25,482 nucleotides of DNA from a virus. Taxonomy: Duplodnaviria; Caudoviricetes. Positions 17,141-25,482 of the stretch are shown in pieces. The notes under the pieces were generated by a model. It searched no databases, was not told the origin of the DNA, and worked only from the letters and a program-made list of their open reading frames with translations. Position numbers and translations under genes: made by a program. The stretch's first letter is position 1, and each line of letters begins with the position of its first letter. The DNA lies in IMG/VR virus record IMGVR_UViG_3300024344_000117, positions 1 to 25,482 of that record, one strand, 5' to 3'.

Positions 17141-18369
17141 TGCCATTTAAATCAGAAAAGCAAAGACGCTATATGCATGCTAACTTACCCAAGATCGCAA
17201 AGAGATGGGAAAAAGATTATGCAAGTGGTGGTATTGCTAGACTAGGTTTTGCTAATGGTAATCTGGCATTTGCTAGACAACAAATGACCATGCCTCAAAA
17301 TTACTACAAGACTCCTTTTGAAGGAGCTAGAACAATTGATACATATAAAAATGTAGATCCTTATCGAATGAATTATTTAAATGACGATCTTCCTAATACT
17401 TATAGAAGTCAATCTATGCTTCCAGGTATCCAACAAAATAATATGATATCTAATATGCAAAAAATGAAACCTGTGGCATTAGATATTATGACAGGGCAAT
17501 ATATGCCAGGAATTAGTCCGCACTATGGGGGATATAATCCAATTGATCCTTTTGGAAATATACAAATGGGTTTAGAAAACGATGATATTAGATCTGGGGC
17601 ACAAGTTCAAAAGCAACCAGCTTGGTATAACAAAATGTTTAATAAAGTTGGTCAAGGTATAACAGGTTTAACAAATAAAATGGGTGGTATGTTTTCAGGT
17701 GGAAAAAATTTAGCAGGTAATCTTATAGGAATGGCTATGGGTATTCCAGGATTAGGTGCCCTATTGGGAAACATGAGACCAGACACTCCTTATGAAAGAT
17801 TTCAAAAACAAATGTTTTCAGATATGTATGGTGGACATGATTTTGGTAATAAAGATCCTTTTGGAAAAAATGTTAGATCTCTGTTTGGGGATTATGATGT
17901 AAGAGAACAGTTTGAGGATTTAGCTGGAAGTAAAATTGGAGAAAAATATGGTTATCAAGCAGCCATGGCAGATGGAGTGGTTACTGACGAAGAATTAGAA
18001 GAGATGAAAGAAAAAGGATTAAAAGGATTTCAATTAGAAAGATTTCAAGCGTTAGCTGACGCTAACAAAAGAGCTAGAGATTTTTTCGATAAAAAGAAAA
18101 AAGAAAAACTTTTAACAAACAAGATGAAGGACATAGAGACTCTAACTACCACTGGTGGCAAAACTCCAACCTTTACCGGAGGTGCAGGTCAAGGAGACAA
18201 AGGATCATGGACTCCTGGAGGTACATATAGTGGAGGTTCACAAGGGTCTATAGGACCATCTCTACATGGTGGAAGTAGTTTTTCTAGCAATCGCTCAAGC
18301 TCAACCGGCCGATCAAGGGGTAGTCATCATTTCGCTCAAGGAGGCATAGTAAGTCTATGGCCAAGATAG
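17140..18369 (+). CDS. Low-complexity Gly/Met/Gln-rich protein, putative internal virion protein
   Basis: TAATG coupled. Basic N-terminus MPFKSEKQRRYMHAN, A-x-GG motifs near both ends and a central hydrophobic Gly-rich stretch. Confidence 0.65.
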   Translation: MPFKSEKQRRYMHANLPKIAKRWEKDYASGGIARLGFANGNLAFARQQMTMPQNYYKTPFEGARTIDTYKNVDPYRMNYLNDDLPNTYRSQSMLPGIQQNNMISNMQKMKPVALDIMTGQYMPGISPHYGGYNPIDPFGNIQMGLENDDIRSGAQVQKQPAWYNKMFNKVGQGITGLTNKMGGMFSGGKNLAGNLIGMAMGIPGLGALLGNMRPDTPYERFQKQMFSDMYGGHDFGNKDPFGKNVRSLFGDYDVREQFEDLAGSKIGEKYGYQAAMADGVVTDEELEEMKEKGLKGFQLERFQALADANKRARDFFDKKKKEKLLTNKMKDIETLTTTGGKTPTFTGGAGQGDKGSWTPGGTYSGGSQGSIGPSLHGGSSFSSNRSSSTGRSRGSHHFAQGGIVSLWPR

Positions 18370-18521
18370 TACAATCATTAACCCGAGCAAGCACAGAATA
18401 CAGAGAAGATGTAGCCCAGTCTTTAGTTAGAGATTTAGATGCTGTTTTAGAAAAATTAAACTCTACTTTTCAAGAAGAATTAAAACAGGAGATAGAAGCT
18501 AGAAGTTTCTTTTTAGATTAA
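18357..18521 (+). CDS. Small helical protein (54 aa), absent from the ORF track
   Basis: MAKIVQSLTRASTEYREDVAQSLVRDLDAVLEKLNSTFQEELKQEIEARSFFLD. GGAGG at 18340-18344. Its TAA overlaps the next ATG and it fills the gap exactly. Confidence 0.75.
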   Translation: MAKIVQSLTRASTEYREDVAQSLVRDLDAVLEKLNSTFQEELKQEIEARSFFLD

Positions 18522-18856
18522 TGGCAGTAGTAAACCAATACAAATTTGCAGGCTTAAATGCTAATACGGATAACACAGAAAAAAATCCTTTTGGAACAGG
18601 TAATCCTTTAATAAGTGAAACTTATGTTATTAAATCTATTATAGTTAAATCTGCAGGAACTCCTACACCTACAGTAACAAACAACAGCATTGTTGTTATA
18701 CAATCAGCAGCCTTAGTAGCCAATCAAAGTAAAGAATTATTAACGGAACCATTAATAGTGGAGGGTGGAACAACCCTTACAATTAAAGCAGGTAGCGCAG
18801 ACGCCTTTACATTTGGTGTAAGCTATCTAAACATTAAGAAAGAGGTAACAACATAA
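18521..18856 (+). CDS. Small beta-rich virion protein (111 aa)
   Basis: TAATG coupled. The pattern IKSIIV...ELL..PLIVE....L.I.......VSYL suggests a beta-sandwich. Confidence 0.7.
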   Translation: MAVVNQYKFAGLNANTDNTEKNPFGTGNPLISETYVIKSIIVKSAGTPTPTVTNNSIVVIQSAALVANQSKELLTEPLIVEGGTTLTIKAGSADAFTFGVSYLNIKKEVTT

Positions 18857-19035
18857 TGAACGATGTACCAGAAATAAAACCAGATAAAATAATAACTACT
18901 ATTTCTAACCTTAAAACAGGGGAAATATATAAGAGTGAAGAGGAATGGAAAGCTAAGGGAATTGATGAAAAAGACATTCGAAGAGACGTCAAAGTCATCA
19001 TGCCAGCACTTGATTTGTTTGGAAAAACAAGCTAA
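18856..19035 (+). CDS. Small hypothetical protein (59 aa), absent from the ORF track
   Basis: MNDVPEIKPDKIITTISNLKTGEIYKSEEEWKAKGIDEKDIRRDVKVIMPALDLFGKTS. GAGG upstream and a TAATG overlap. Confidence 0.72.
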   Translation: MNDVPEIKPDKIITTISNLKTGEIYKSEEEWKAKGIDEKDIRRDVKVIMPALDLFGKTS

Positions 19036-19038
19036 AGT
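19010..19038 (+). promoter_or_regulatory. Possible sigma70-like promoter for the internal protein genes
   Basis: TTGATT-N17-TAAAGT, ending at the start of the 52-nt gap before 19088. Confidence 0.3.
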
Positions 19039-19087
19039 GTACGCTCAGGAAATTTTCACCTGCTCTTAACTTAAATGAAGCAAAATT

Positions 19088-20527
19088 ATGGCACTATTTG
19101 AAGAACAAATTACAGATACACTAGAGACAGGAGCCCCTCCTATTAAATACGAAGGAGATGAAGGCCCTCAAGATCCTAGACAAGAGAGGATGATAGCTCA
19201 ATTAAAAGAAGAATACATGCAATATGTATTTGAAATGAGAGAGTTAGAAGAACCTATCATGTCTTTCGAAGAATGGTATCAATCAGTTTATAAAGCTAGT
19301 CAGATGGGTGCTCAAGCTCCTCAAGAAGAAATGATGAGTGAAGAGATGATGATGAGAGAACCAGCAGCTTATGGTGGTATCATGGACACTGACTCAGGAA
19401 GAAGAGCTTATGGTTTAGGAAGTTTCTTTAAAAAAATTACAAAGATTCCAAAAAAAATATTTAAAGGTGTTAAAAAAATAGCTAAGAGTCCACTAGGTAA
19501 AATAGGAATTGGAGCATTACTTGCAGGCCCAGCACTCGGTGCATTGACTGGGAAAGCAGCCACTGGCTCAATGATAGGAATGGGTCCTTTACATGGAGCA
19601 ACCAAAGTTCCGTGGTATAAAAAAGGATTAATGAAAGGAATTGGAACATTAGCTAAAAAAGCTATTCAAAACCCAAAAACTTTAGCTAAGATTGGTATCG
19701 GTGCAGCGCCTTTATTAGCTTTATCAGGTATTGGAACTACACCTAAAGAAGAGTACATTGCAGATCAAGGTGCAAAATTTGATTATGATTATAATAAAAT
19801 GAGAGACAGGTTTGCAAAAGCAGAAACTGAAGCAGATTTTGCAGCAGCAGAAGAAGAGTTTCCTGTCACTCCTGGTTTATTTAAAAGTAGATTTTATGAC
19901 ATGAAAGCAGACGGTGGAAGAATTGGATTTGCTTTAGGATCTAAAGCAGACTTTGCAATAGAAGATGTTATGACTGGTGGAGTAGAAGATGAGATCGGTG
20001 GTATTACAGGTATTATGAGACAAGCTGATCTTCAACGTAAAGGAAACGTTGGTCAGTTCTATGCGGCTGAAGGTGGAATGCCAATGATGATGGCTTCTAA
20101 TCCAAGTCCAGGAGATGAATTAAATCAAATGTCTTTAATGATATTTAAAAAACCATTAAGTGAATTAACTGATGACGAGTATGAAGACCTTCAAGAATAT
20201 ATAAGAGAGAAAAGTGCTCAAGGCGGAAGAATCGGAGCACGAGAAGGAGGGATCATGGACCTTGGTGGTATGGAAAAAGATTATAGAGAAACTGGTGGCT
20301 TTGTTGACATTGGAGCTGAAGAAAAAGCAGACGATGTACCAGCAAGATTAAGTGTAAATGAATTTGTAATGACAGCTGATGCTGTTAGAGGCGCAGGTGA
20401 TGGAGACATTGATCTAGGCGCTGAACGTATGGAAGATACAATGAAACAATTAGAAGAACAAGGTAAAAGAAATCAAGGAGCTTCAGAGATGTTTGAAGTT
20501 TCGGAAAGATTAAGCGAGGTAGTATGA
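19088..20527 (+). CDS. Putative internal virion/ejection protein with multiple A-x-GG motifs
   Basis: Acidic N-terminus, a cationic amphipathic segment followed by hydrophobic segments, and a C-terminal DDVPARLSVNEFVMTADAVRG motif. Confidence 0.7.
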   Translation: MALFEEQITDTLETGAPPIKYEGDEGPQDPRQERMIAQLKEEYMQYVFEMRELEEPIMSFEEWYQSVYKASQMGAQAPQEEMMSEEMMMREPAAYGGIMDTDSGRRAYGLGSFFKKITKIPKKIFKGVKKIAKSPLGKIGIGALLAGPALGALTGKAATGSMIGMGPLHGATKVPWYKKGLMKGIGTLAKKAIQNPKTLAKIGIGAAPLLALSGIGTTPKEEYIADQGAKFDYDYNKMRDRFAKAETEADFAAAEEEFPVTPGLFKSRFYDMKADGGRIGFALGSKADFAIEDVMTGGVEDEIGGITGIMRQADLQRKGNVGQFYAAEGGMPMMMASNPSPGDELNQMSLMIFKKPLSELTDDEYEDLQEYIREKSAQGGRIGAREGGIMDLGGMEKDYRETGGFVDIGAEEKADDVPARLSVNEFVMTADAVRGAGDGDIDLGAERMEDTMKQLEEQGKRNQGASEMFEVSERLSEVV

Positions 20528-20991
20528 CAATAGTAACTAAAGGAATGGGAAAAATTATTAAAAAGTTTGGTAAGAAAACTGCTAAACATATGTCTGATAC
20601 AGATACGCGTCATAAATCAATGAAAAAATTAGGATACAAAGGACCTAAATATAGAGTTCTTGGTAAGAAAAAAGGAGAAACATCTCATAAAATGGAAGAG
20701 GTGTGGACTTTTAATCCCTACAGAACCAAAAAAGCTATCGGTGGTATTTTAAAGAAGGGTATAAAAACATTAAGAGGTCCTGCTAATAAATGGAGAATGG
20801 AGAAGGCATCACATTTAAAAAAACATCGTTTGAAAACTAAGATTGAAAAAGCAAGAGAAGGTAGATTACAAAGTAAAGTAAAATCTAATTTAGATAAAAA
20901 AATAGCATCTAATCCTGATTTAAAAAAAGCAGTTTCTCAACAAAAACATCCAAAGTCTTGGAGAAGACACCAACAAAAAGGAACTAAATAA
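20524..20991 (+). CDS. Lys/Arg/His-rich basic protein (155 aa)
   Basis: ATGA overlap upstream and TAATG downstream. N-terminus MTIVTKGMG as in 3528..4019. Internal KKAIGGILKK. Confidence 0.7.
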   Translation: MTIVTKGMGKIIKKFGKKTAKHMSDTDTRHKSMKKLGYKGPKYRVLGKKKGETSHKMEEVWTFNPYRTKKAIGGILKKGIKTLRGPANKWRMEKASHLKKHRLKTKIEKAREGRLQSKVKSNLDKKIASNPDLKKAVSQQKHPKSWRRHQQKGTK

Positions 20992-21875
20992 TGGCTGTAC
21001 AACAAACATCAGTAACACCGGCACCGTTTTTAAAAGATATCACAACACAATACGCTACTGATATTGGTGCATTAACTGCTACACCATTTTCTCAACAACA
21101 ATTACAAGGGATGGGGCCTCAAGTTGCAGGTCAAGATCCATTACAAGCACAAGCTTATACAACAGCCCAACAAGGTATTGGTGCTTACCAACCATACTTA
21201 ACAGGTCAAGGAGCATACGCTGGAACACCAACGGACATGAGAGGTACTCAAGATTATCTTGCACAAGCTGCAGGGTACTCAGGACCAGGTGCTTACCAAC
21301 AATTCATGTCTCCTTATCAGCAACAAGTTATTGATAAAACTTTAGCTAACTTTGATAAACAAACAGCCGCAGGATTAAGTGGAATAGGTCAAAAAGCTGC
21401 GATGTCAGGAAACTTAGGTGGTGGTAGAGAAGGTGTTATGAGAGCAGAGTATCAATCTCAACAAGATTTAAATAGAGCATTACTAAATCAACAAATGTTA
21501 CAGTCAGGATATAGTCAAGCTCAAAATTTAGCTAACCAAGCATTCGGTCAACAAAGAAATTTAGCACAGGACGTTTCTGGACTAGGTGGATTACAATATA
21601 AATTACAAGGTCAAGATGTTTCGAGACTAGGATCTGCGGGCGCGATCCAACAAGCTCAAGCGCAGGCAGAAGCTGATGCTTTAAGAGAGAGAAATAGAAT
21701 GGCTGCATACGAACCATATGAAAGATTAGGATACCTTGGCAGCGGTATATCTTCTATGTTAGCAGGTTATCCAGGTTCACATACATCACAAATAACACCT
21801 AACAAATCACCATTAGAGCAAGCGTTAGGTATACTATCGACAGGAATAGGAGCGTACAAAGCGTTTGGAGATTAA
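20991..21875 (+). CDS. Gln/Ala/Gly-rich DNA ejection (pilot-like) protein
   Basis: FMSPYQQQVID...GGGREGV..AE motif, Q-rich helices and a C-terminal hydrophobic Gly helix, as in podovirus DNA-transfer proteins. Confidence 0.65.
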   Translation: MAVQQTSVTPAPFLKDITTQYATDIGALTATPFSQQQLQGMGPQVAGQDPLQAQAYTTAQQGIGAYQPYLTGQGAYAGTPTDMRGTQDYLAQAAGYSGPGAYQQFMSPYQQQVIDKTLANFDKQTAAGLSGIGQKAAMSGNLGGGREGVMRAEYQSQQDLNRALLNQQMLQSGYSQAQNLANQAFGQQRNLAQDVSGLGGLQYKLQGQDVSRLGSAGAIQQAQAQAEADALRERNRMAAYEPYERLGYLGSGISSMLAGYPGSHTSQITPNKSPLEQALGILSTGIGAYKAFGD

Positions 21876-22798
21876 TGAGTAGAATATTTCATAGACCTAT
21901 GTTTAGAATCGGCGGATCAGCTGGAGGTATAACTTCTGGTTTGAGACGAGGGTATGAAGAAGGTAATGCTGTAGGTGGAGATCTTAAATCTGCAGACTTT
22001 GAAACTCAAGACACTGAAATAGAAAAATCAACACCATCAGGAAATACAACAGATACTATGTTACAAACTATGATGTCAGATTTTCCTGAGCCACCTAAGG
22101 GTTCAGCTGGTTCAGATTTTCTAATGAACTTAGGATTAAATTTAATGAGTGGTCCATCAACAGGAAGTCTTTTTGGTAATATAGGTGAAGCTGGTAAAGA
22201 GCCTATGAAACAATTTCAATCTCAAAGATACGCTGACAAGGTGGCGAAGTATAAACACGGCATGCAGAAAAAACAATTTATGTTAGATGCTTATAGTAAA
22301 TTAAATGATGATCAAAAAATAGCTTTAGAAAAAGAAATAGAATTTTGGATGTCTGATGCAGGAGGAGGAAAATCTAGAGAAGAAGCATTAAATTTAGTGA
22401 TGTTTAGAAAACCTCAAAATCCTAAGGATGTTGCAAGACAAGCTGATCTTACAGCGCAAGAAAATATTAGAGAAGATATTTCTGTTGTTCAAAATAGATA
22501 TGAAGACAATGATCTTTCTTTAACACAAGGACAAGCTAAAAAAGTATATGATTTTGAAACTTGGGCAGATCAAAATAAAGTAAGATATACACCTAACGAA
22601 GCGATCATAGATACTACTGATTTTAATCCTGATCTTCTTGAGACAAGCGAAGCAACAGGAAATAAAATATTACCAGATGGCGTAGATGGAGATAGATACA
22701 TACCAAACCATCATTATTTAGATGTAAACACAGGTATATTATATAAAGTTAGTGAAAGTGGAGCTGAACTTATCGTAGTTGATATGGTATCAGAATAG
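21875..22798 (+). CDS. Putative internal virion/ejection protein (307 aa)
   Basis: TAATG coupled. N-terminal RPMFRIGG..GGITSGL and internal FLMNLGLNLMS. Confidence 0.65.
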   Translation: MSRIFHRPMFRIGGSAGGITSGLRRGYEEGNAVGGDLKSADFETQDTEIEKSTPSGNTTDTMLQTMMSDFPEPPKGSAGSDFLMNLGLNLMSGPSTGSLFGNIGEAGKEPMKQFQSQRYADKVAKYKHGMQKKQFMLDAYSKLNDDQKIALEKEIEFWMSDAGGGKSREEALNLVMFRKPQNPKDVARQADLTAQENIREDISVVQNRYEDNDLSLTQGQAKKVYDFETWADQNKVRYTPNEAIIDTTDFNPDLLETSEATGNKILPDGVDGDRYIPNHHYLDVNTGILYKVSESGAELIVVDMVSE

Positions 22799-22806
22799 GA
22801 GGTCCC

Positions 22807-25482
22807 ATGGTATTTGGTTTTGACCCCAGAAAACTTGTTAAAGATGAACAAGACAAGGAAAAAAAGAAAGTAGAAGAAGTTGTTTCTGCACAAGAAAAAT
22901 ATGACAAAGCTTTAGAGGCAAAAGAAGCACGACTTCGTAAAAAAAGTCAAGTAAGAGGAGCGTTAGAAGACGCTTTTCAAATAATTAGAGAAACTAAATT
23001 TAGAATTAAAGAAGGCGACGACGCCTACTACGATTATAAAAAAAGAAAAGACCCTAGTTATGATGACCCTAGAGAGTACGCTGAAGGAGAAATTTTTATA
23101 ACTCCATCTGAACTAGAGAACATGGATAGGGGTGGTAAGAAAGTTAAAAATTTAGAAGAAGAGTATGGAGATGAAGAACCTATTAAACCTCAATTTGCTT
23201 CTTATGAATCTTCAGGTACCACAGGTAAAATAAAAACTAAAAGCACTAAGGATCCTTTAAGCAGTGATGTAGGTGCATTAGAGTCATTAGGGTACGGAGT
23301 AATTTCTGGAGCTATAAAAATTCCTTACGGCTTTGTTAATCTTGGAGCAATGATCTTAGACTATGCTGATAAAAATAAATTACCAGTAGACCAAGGTAGA
23401 GTTGCAAGATTAGATAGATGGTTTGAAGATACATTTGCTGGTCAAGTAATGAAATTTAGTTCTGAGAAAGCAAAAGAAAATGCAATAGGTAGACTAACTG
23501 AAGTCTTAGTTCAAATGTATGGAGGCTGGGCGACTGTTGGATCAAAAGGTGTTGGTCTAACTGATGAAGCATTTAGAATGGTTAACAATGCAATTGATGG
23601 TATTAAAAAAGGAAAATATGTAAAGACTTCTAAGAACACTAATTTAGATAGAGGTGTTAAAGATGTTAAAAAATTTAATAATTTATCACGTAAACAAAAA
23701 TTTGTTTCTGTAGCTGTAGGAGGTGGAGTAGCAGGAGCTGTTGTATATGATGCAGAAAACATTGGTACCTTTGGAGATTTATTTTTTGATGAAGGAGAAC
23801 TAACTGCTTTAGATAGAAAAGAAAAATCTACATCTAAAGAAGATGCAACAAGAATGTTGTACAATAAATTAAAATTTGCAGGTGAGATGGGCTTTCCAAT
23901 TATACCTGCGATATGGGGACTAGGTAAGGTTGGTAAAAATATTACGAGTGGTGTATTTAAAAGAGCACAGAACACTACAAAGTTTACTAAGAATGTAGAG
24001 AAATATGTAGCAAGACCTATGAGAGCTAGAGGTCCTTATCCTGAAGAACAATTTCAAGCAATGCAAAGACTTCAAGGTAAAAAAGATTCAGCTAATTTAT
24101 TATCTACAGATTTTTTAAAAAACATAGATCAAATTGTAAAAAGATTATCAAGAGACACTCAAGTTGCATCTAATGCAACAGGATTAACTGATGGAATTTC
24201 TAAAGCAATTGTTAAAGTAATTGAATCAGGAAAGTTTGGAGTAAGTAAAGGTAAAGTTGTAGTTAAAGGCTTTGATAATAAAGCTATGACAGCTTTTAGA
24301 GAAAGCTTAGAAAAATTAAAAATACCTAGTAAAGAAATTGATAATATTGTTAGAGAAATAGAAAATGTTCATGGATTTTGGGGACAGTATTTAAATACTA
24401 TTTATAAAGGTGGTAATTTAAACATAGCGTTAAAAGATTTTGTTAGCCTTATGAAACAAAGAATAGGTGATTCTTTATCTACCGAATATAAAATATTTAA
24501 AGACAATGGGTTATCACCAATAGATGGTTACGTGGTGTCACGAGAAATTAAAGATGAAGTAGCAAATGTATTTAGAAGAAATGCTACAGCTAACAGAGTT
24601 AAGATGTCTAAAGAAGAAGCAAGACTAACCGTCGATCAAATAATTAAAAATGTAAAGTTAGATCCTGCAACAGGAAGACCTTTCTTTAAGTATCCTGGTA
24701 TTGGAATGAATGCTGATCAAGCTTTGATAACTAAGTCTATTGCTAAAAATATTACCGGCGGTGGTAAATTTGTAGCTGATGATGTAGGAGGATTGATACA
24801 AAAAGAATCAGACCTGGCTGCTTTTCAAAAATTATTTGGTAGTTATAAGAACGCAACTAATGTTATTTCAAATGTAACTGCGGACCTAGCAGACATTGCA
24901 GGAAGAGACAGATTTTATAATGTAATTAAAGGCGCTGCAGCTGAACAAATTGCTAGAGGAGAAAGAGCAATTGTATATCCAAGCTATAACGCTGCTGCCA
25001 GAGCGTGGCAAGGTACGGGAGAAAAAATTATTGAAGCGGCTAGTGGATTGAAACTTCCAAACAAACTAGCAGAAGAAGCATACACTGTTCCACTAAATGG
25101 AATGTATACAACAGAAACTATTGCGGCAGCTTTACAAAATGGTGCAGCAAATACTTTAGGAAGTATATCTAAACACTGGGCATATCAAATGGCAGTGATG
25201 GCACCTAAAGGATTAATTCAAATGGGTAAAACAGTTGGTGGTCCTTTTACTCATGCTAGAAACTTTTCATCAGGAGCTGTGACTACAGTTGCTTTAGGTA
25301 ATATTAGATACGCCATTACAAATCCATTGGTATTTAGCAGAGCATTATGGAGAGGATTAAACACTGTTCAACCTCAGTTATTGTGGAGAAATAAACCAGG
25401 AGTTAACTACACTGCTGGTGCTAAAGTAAGCGCAGAAGAATTAAAAAAAGGTGGTCAAGCTTTGTATAGATTTTTACTTGAT
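22807..25482 (+). CDS. Large internal virion/ejection protein, 3'-truncated (at least 892 aa), absent from the ORF track
   Basis: SD AGGAGG at 22797-22802. Begins MVFGFDPRKLVKDE and the same frame reads ...LKKGGQALYRFLLD at the window end. I checked the ends, not every codon, and its absence from the track fits a frame with no stop. Position matches the largest ejection protein. Confidence 0.75.
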   Translation, partial: MVFGFDPRKLVKDEQDKEKKKVEEVVSAQEKYDKALEAKEARLRKKSQVRGALEDAFQIIRETKFRIKEGDDAYYDYKKRKDPSYDDPREYAEGEIFITPSELENMDRGGKKVKNLEEEYGDEEPIKPQFASYESSGTTGKIKTKSTKDPLSSDVGALESLGYGVISGAIKIPYGFVNLGAMILDYADKNKLPVDQGRVARLDRWFEDTFAGQVMKFSSEKAKENAIGRLTEVLVQMYGGWATVGSKGVGLTDEAFRMVNNAIDGIKKGKYVKTSKNTNLDRGVKDVKKFNNLSRKQKFVSVAVGGGVAGAVVYDAENIGTFGDLFFDEGELTALDRKEKSTSKEDATRMLYNKLKFAGEMGFPIIPAIWGLGKVGKNITSGVFKRAQNTTKFTKNVEKYVARPMRARGPYPEEQFQAMQRLQGKKDSANLLSTDFLKNIDQIVKRLSRDTQVASNATGLTDGISKAIVKVIESGKFGVSKGKVVVKGFDNKAMTAFRESLEKLKIPSKEIDNIVREIENVHGFWGQYLNTIYKGGNLNIALKDFVSLMKQRIGDSLSTEYKIFKDNGLSPIDGYVVSREIKDEVANVFRRNATANRVKMSKEEARLTVDQIIKNVKLDPATGRPFFKYPGIGMNADQALITKSIAKNITGGGKFVADDVGGLIQKESDLAAFQKLFGSYKNATNVISNVTADLADIAGRDRFYNVIKGAAAEQIARGERAIVYPSYNAAARAWQGTGEKIIEAASGLKLPNKLAEEAYTVPLNGMYTTETIAAALQNGAANTLGSISKHWAYQMAVMAPKGLIQMGKTVGGPFTHARNFSSGAVTTVALGNIRYAITNPLVFSRALWRGLNTVQPQLLWRNKPGVNYTAGAKVSAEELKKGGQALYRFLLD

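Noticed and set aside
17218-20270. Bacteriocin double-glycine leaders or ubiquitin-like C-terminal GG
   Set aside because: No C39 peptidase/ABC exporter or E1/E2-like enzyme in the window, and the motifs are internal rather than terminal. Kept only as the more general tag hypothesis.
852-23975. Minus-strand ORFs in the track (e.g. 852..1100, 2218..2658, 7704..7967, 19408..19605, 23511..23975)
   Set aside because: All lie antisense to well-supported + strand genes, lack recognisable motifs and look like codon-bias shadows.

Overview
An AT-rich segment of a tailed phage genome with every credible gene on the + strand and many genes coupled by TAATG/ATGA overlaps. Protein motifs and gene order resemble the virion module of marine short-tailed phages of the pelagiphage/uvMED type; this is from recognition, not a database search. 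The order is: 3' end of the major capsid gene, putative decoration proteins, head-tail adaptors, a tail-fibre base and three paralogous Kelch-like propeller fibre proteins. Then comes a separately promoted cassette (coiled-coil protein, ParB/Srx-like protein, four 2OG-Fe(II) oxygenases), a P22 gp10-like tail nozzle, and putative internal/ejection proteins, the last running off the window. Two candidate systems stand out. (1) The oxygenase cassette may hydroxylate the Pro-rich loops of the adjacent receptor-binding propellers. (2) A recurring A-x-G-G peptide tag, with a related KG(M/F)x motif, is shared by otherwise unrelated basic and internal proteins and could be a capsid-targeting or protease-processing signal. 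Both are hypotheses. No CRISPR array, RNA gene or mobile element was supported.
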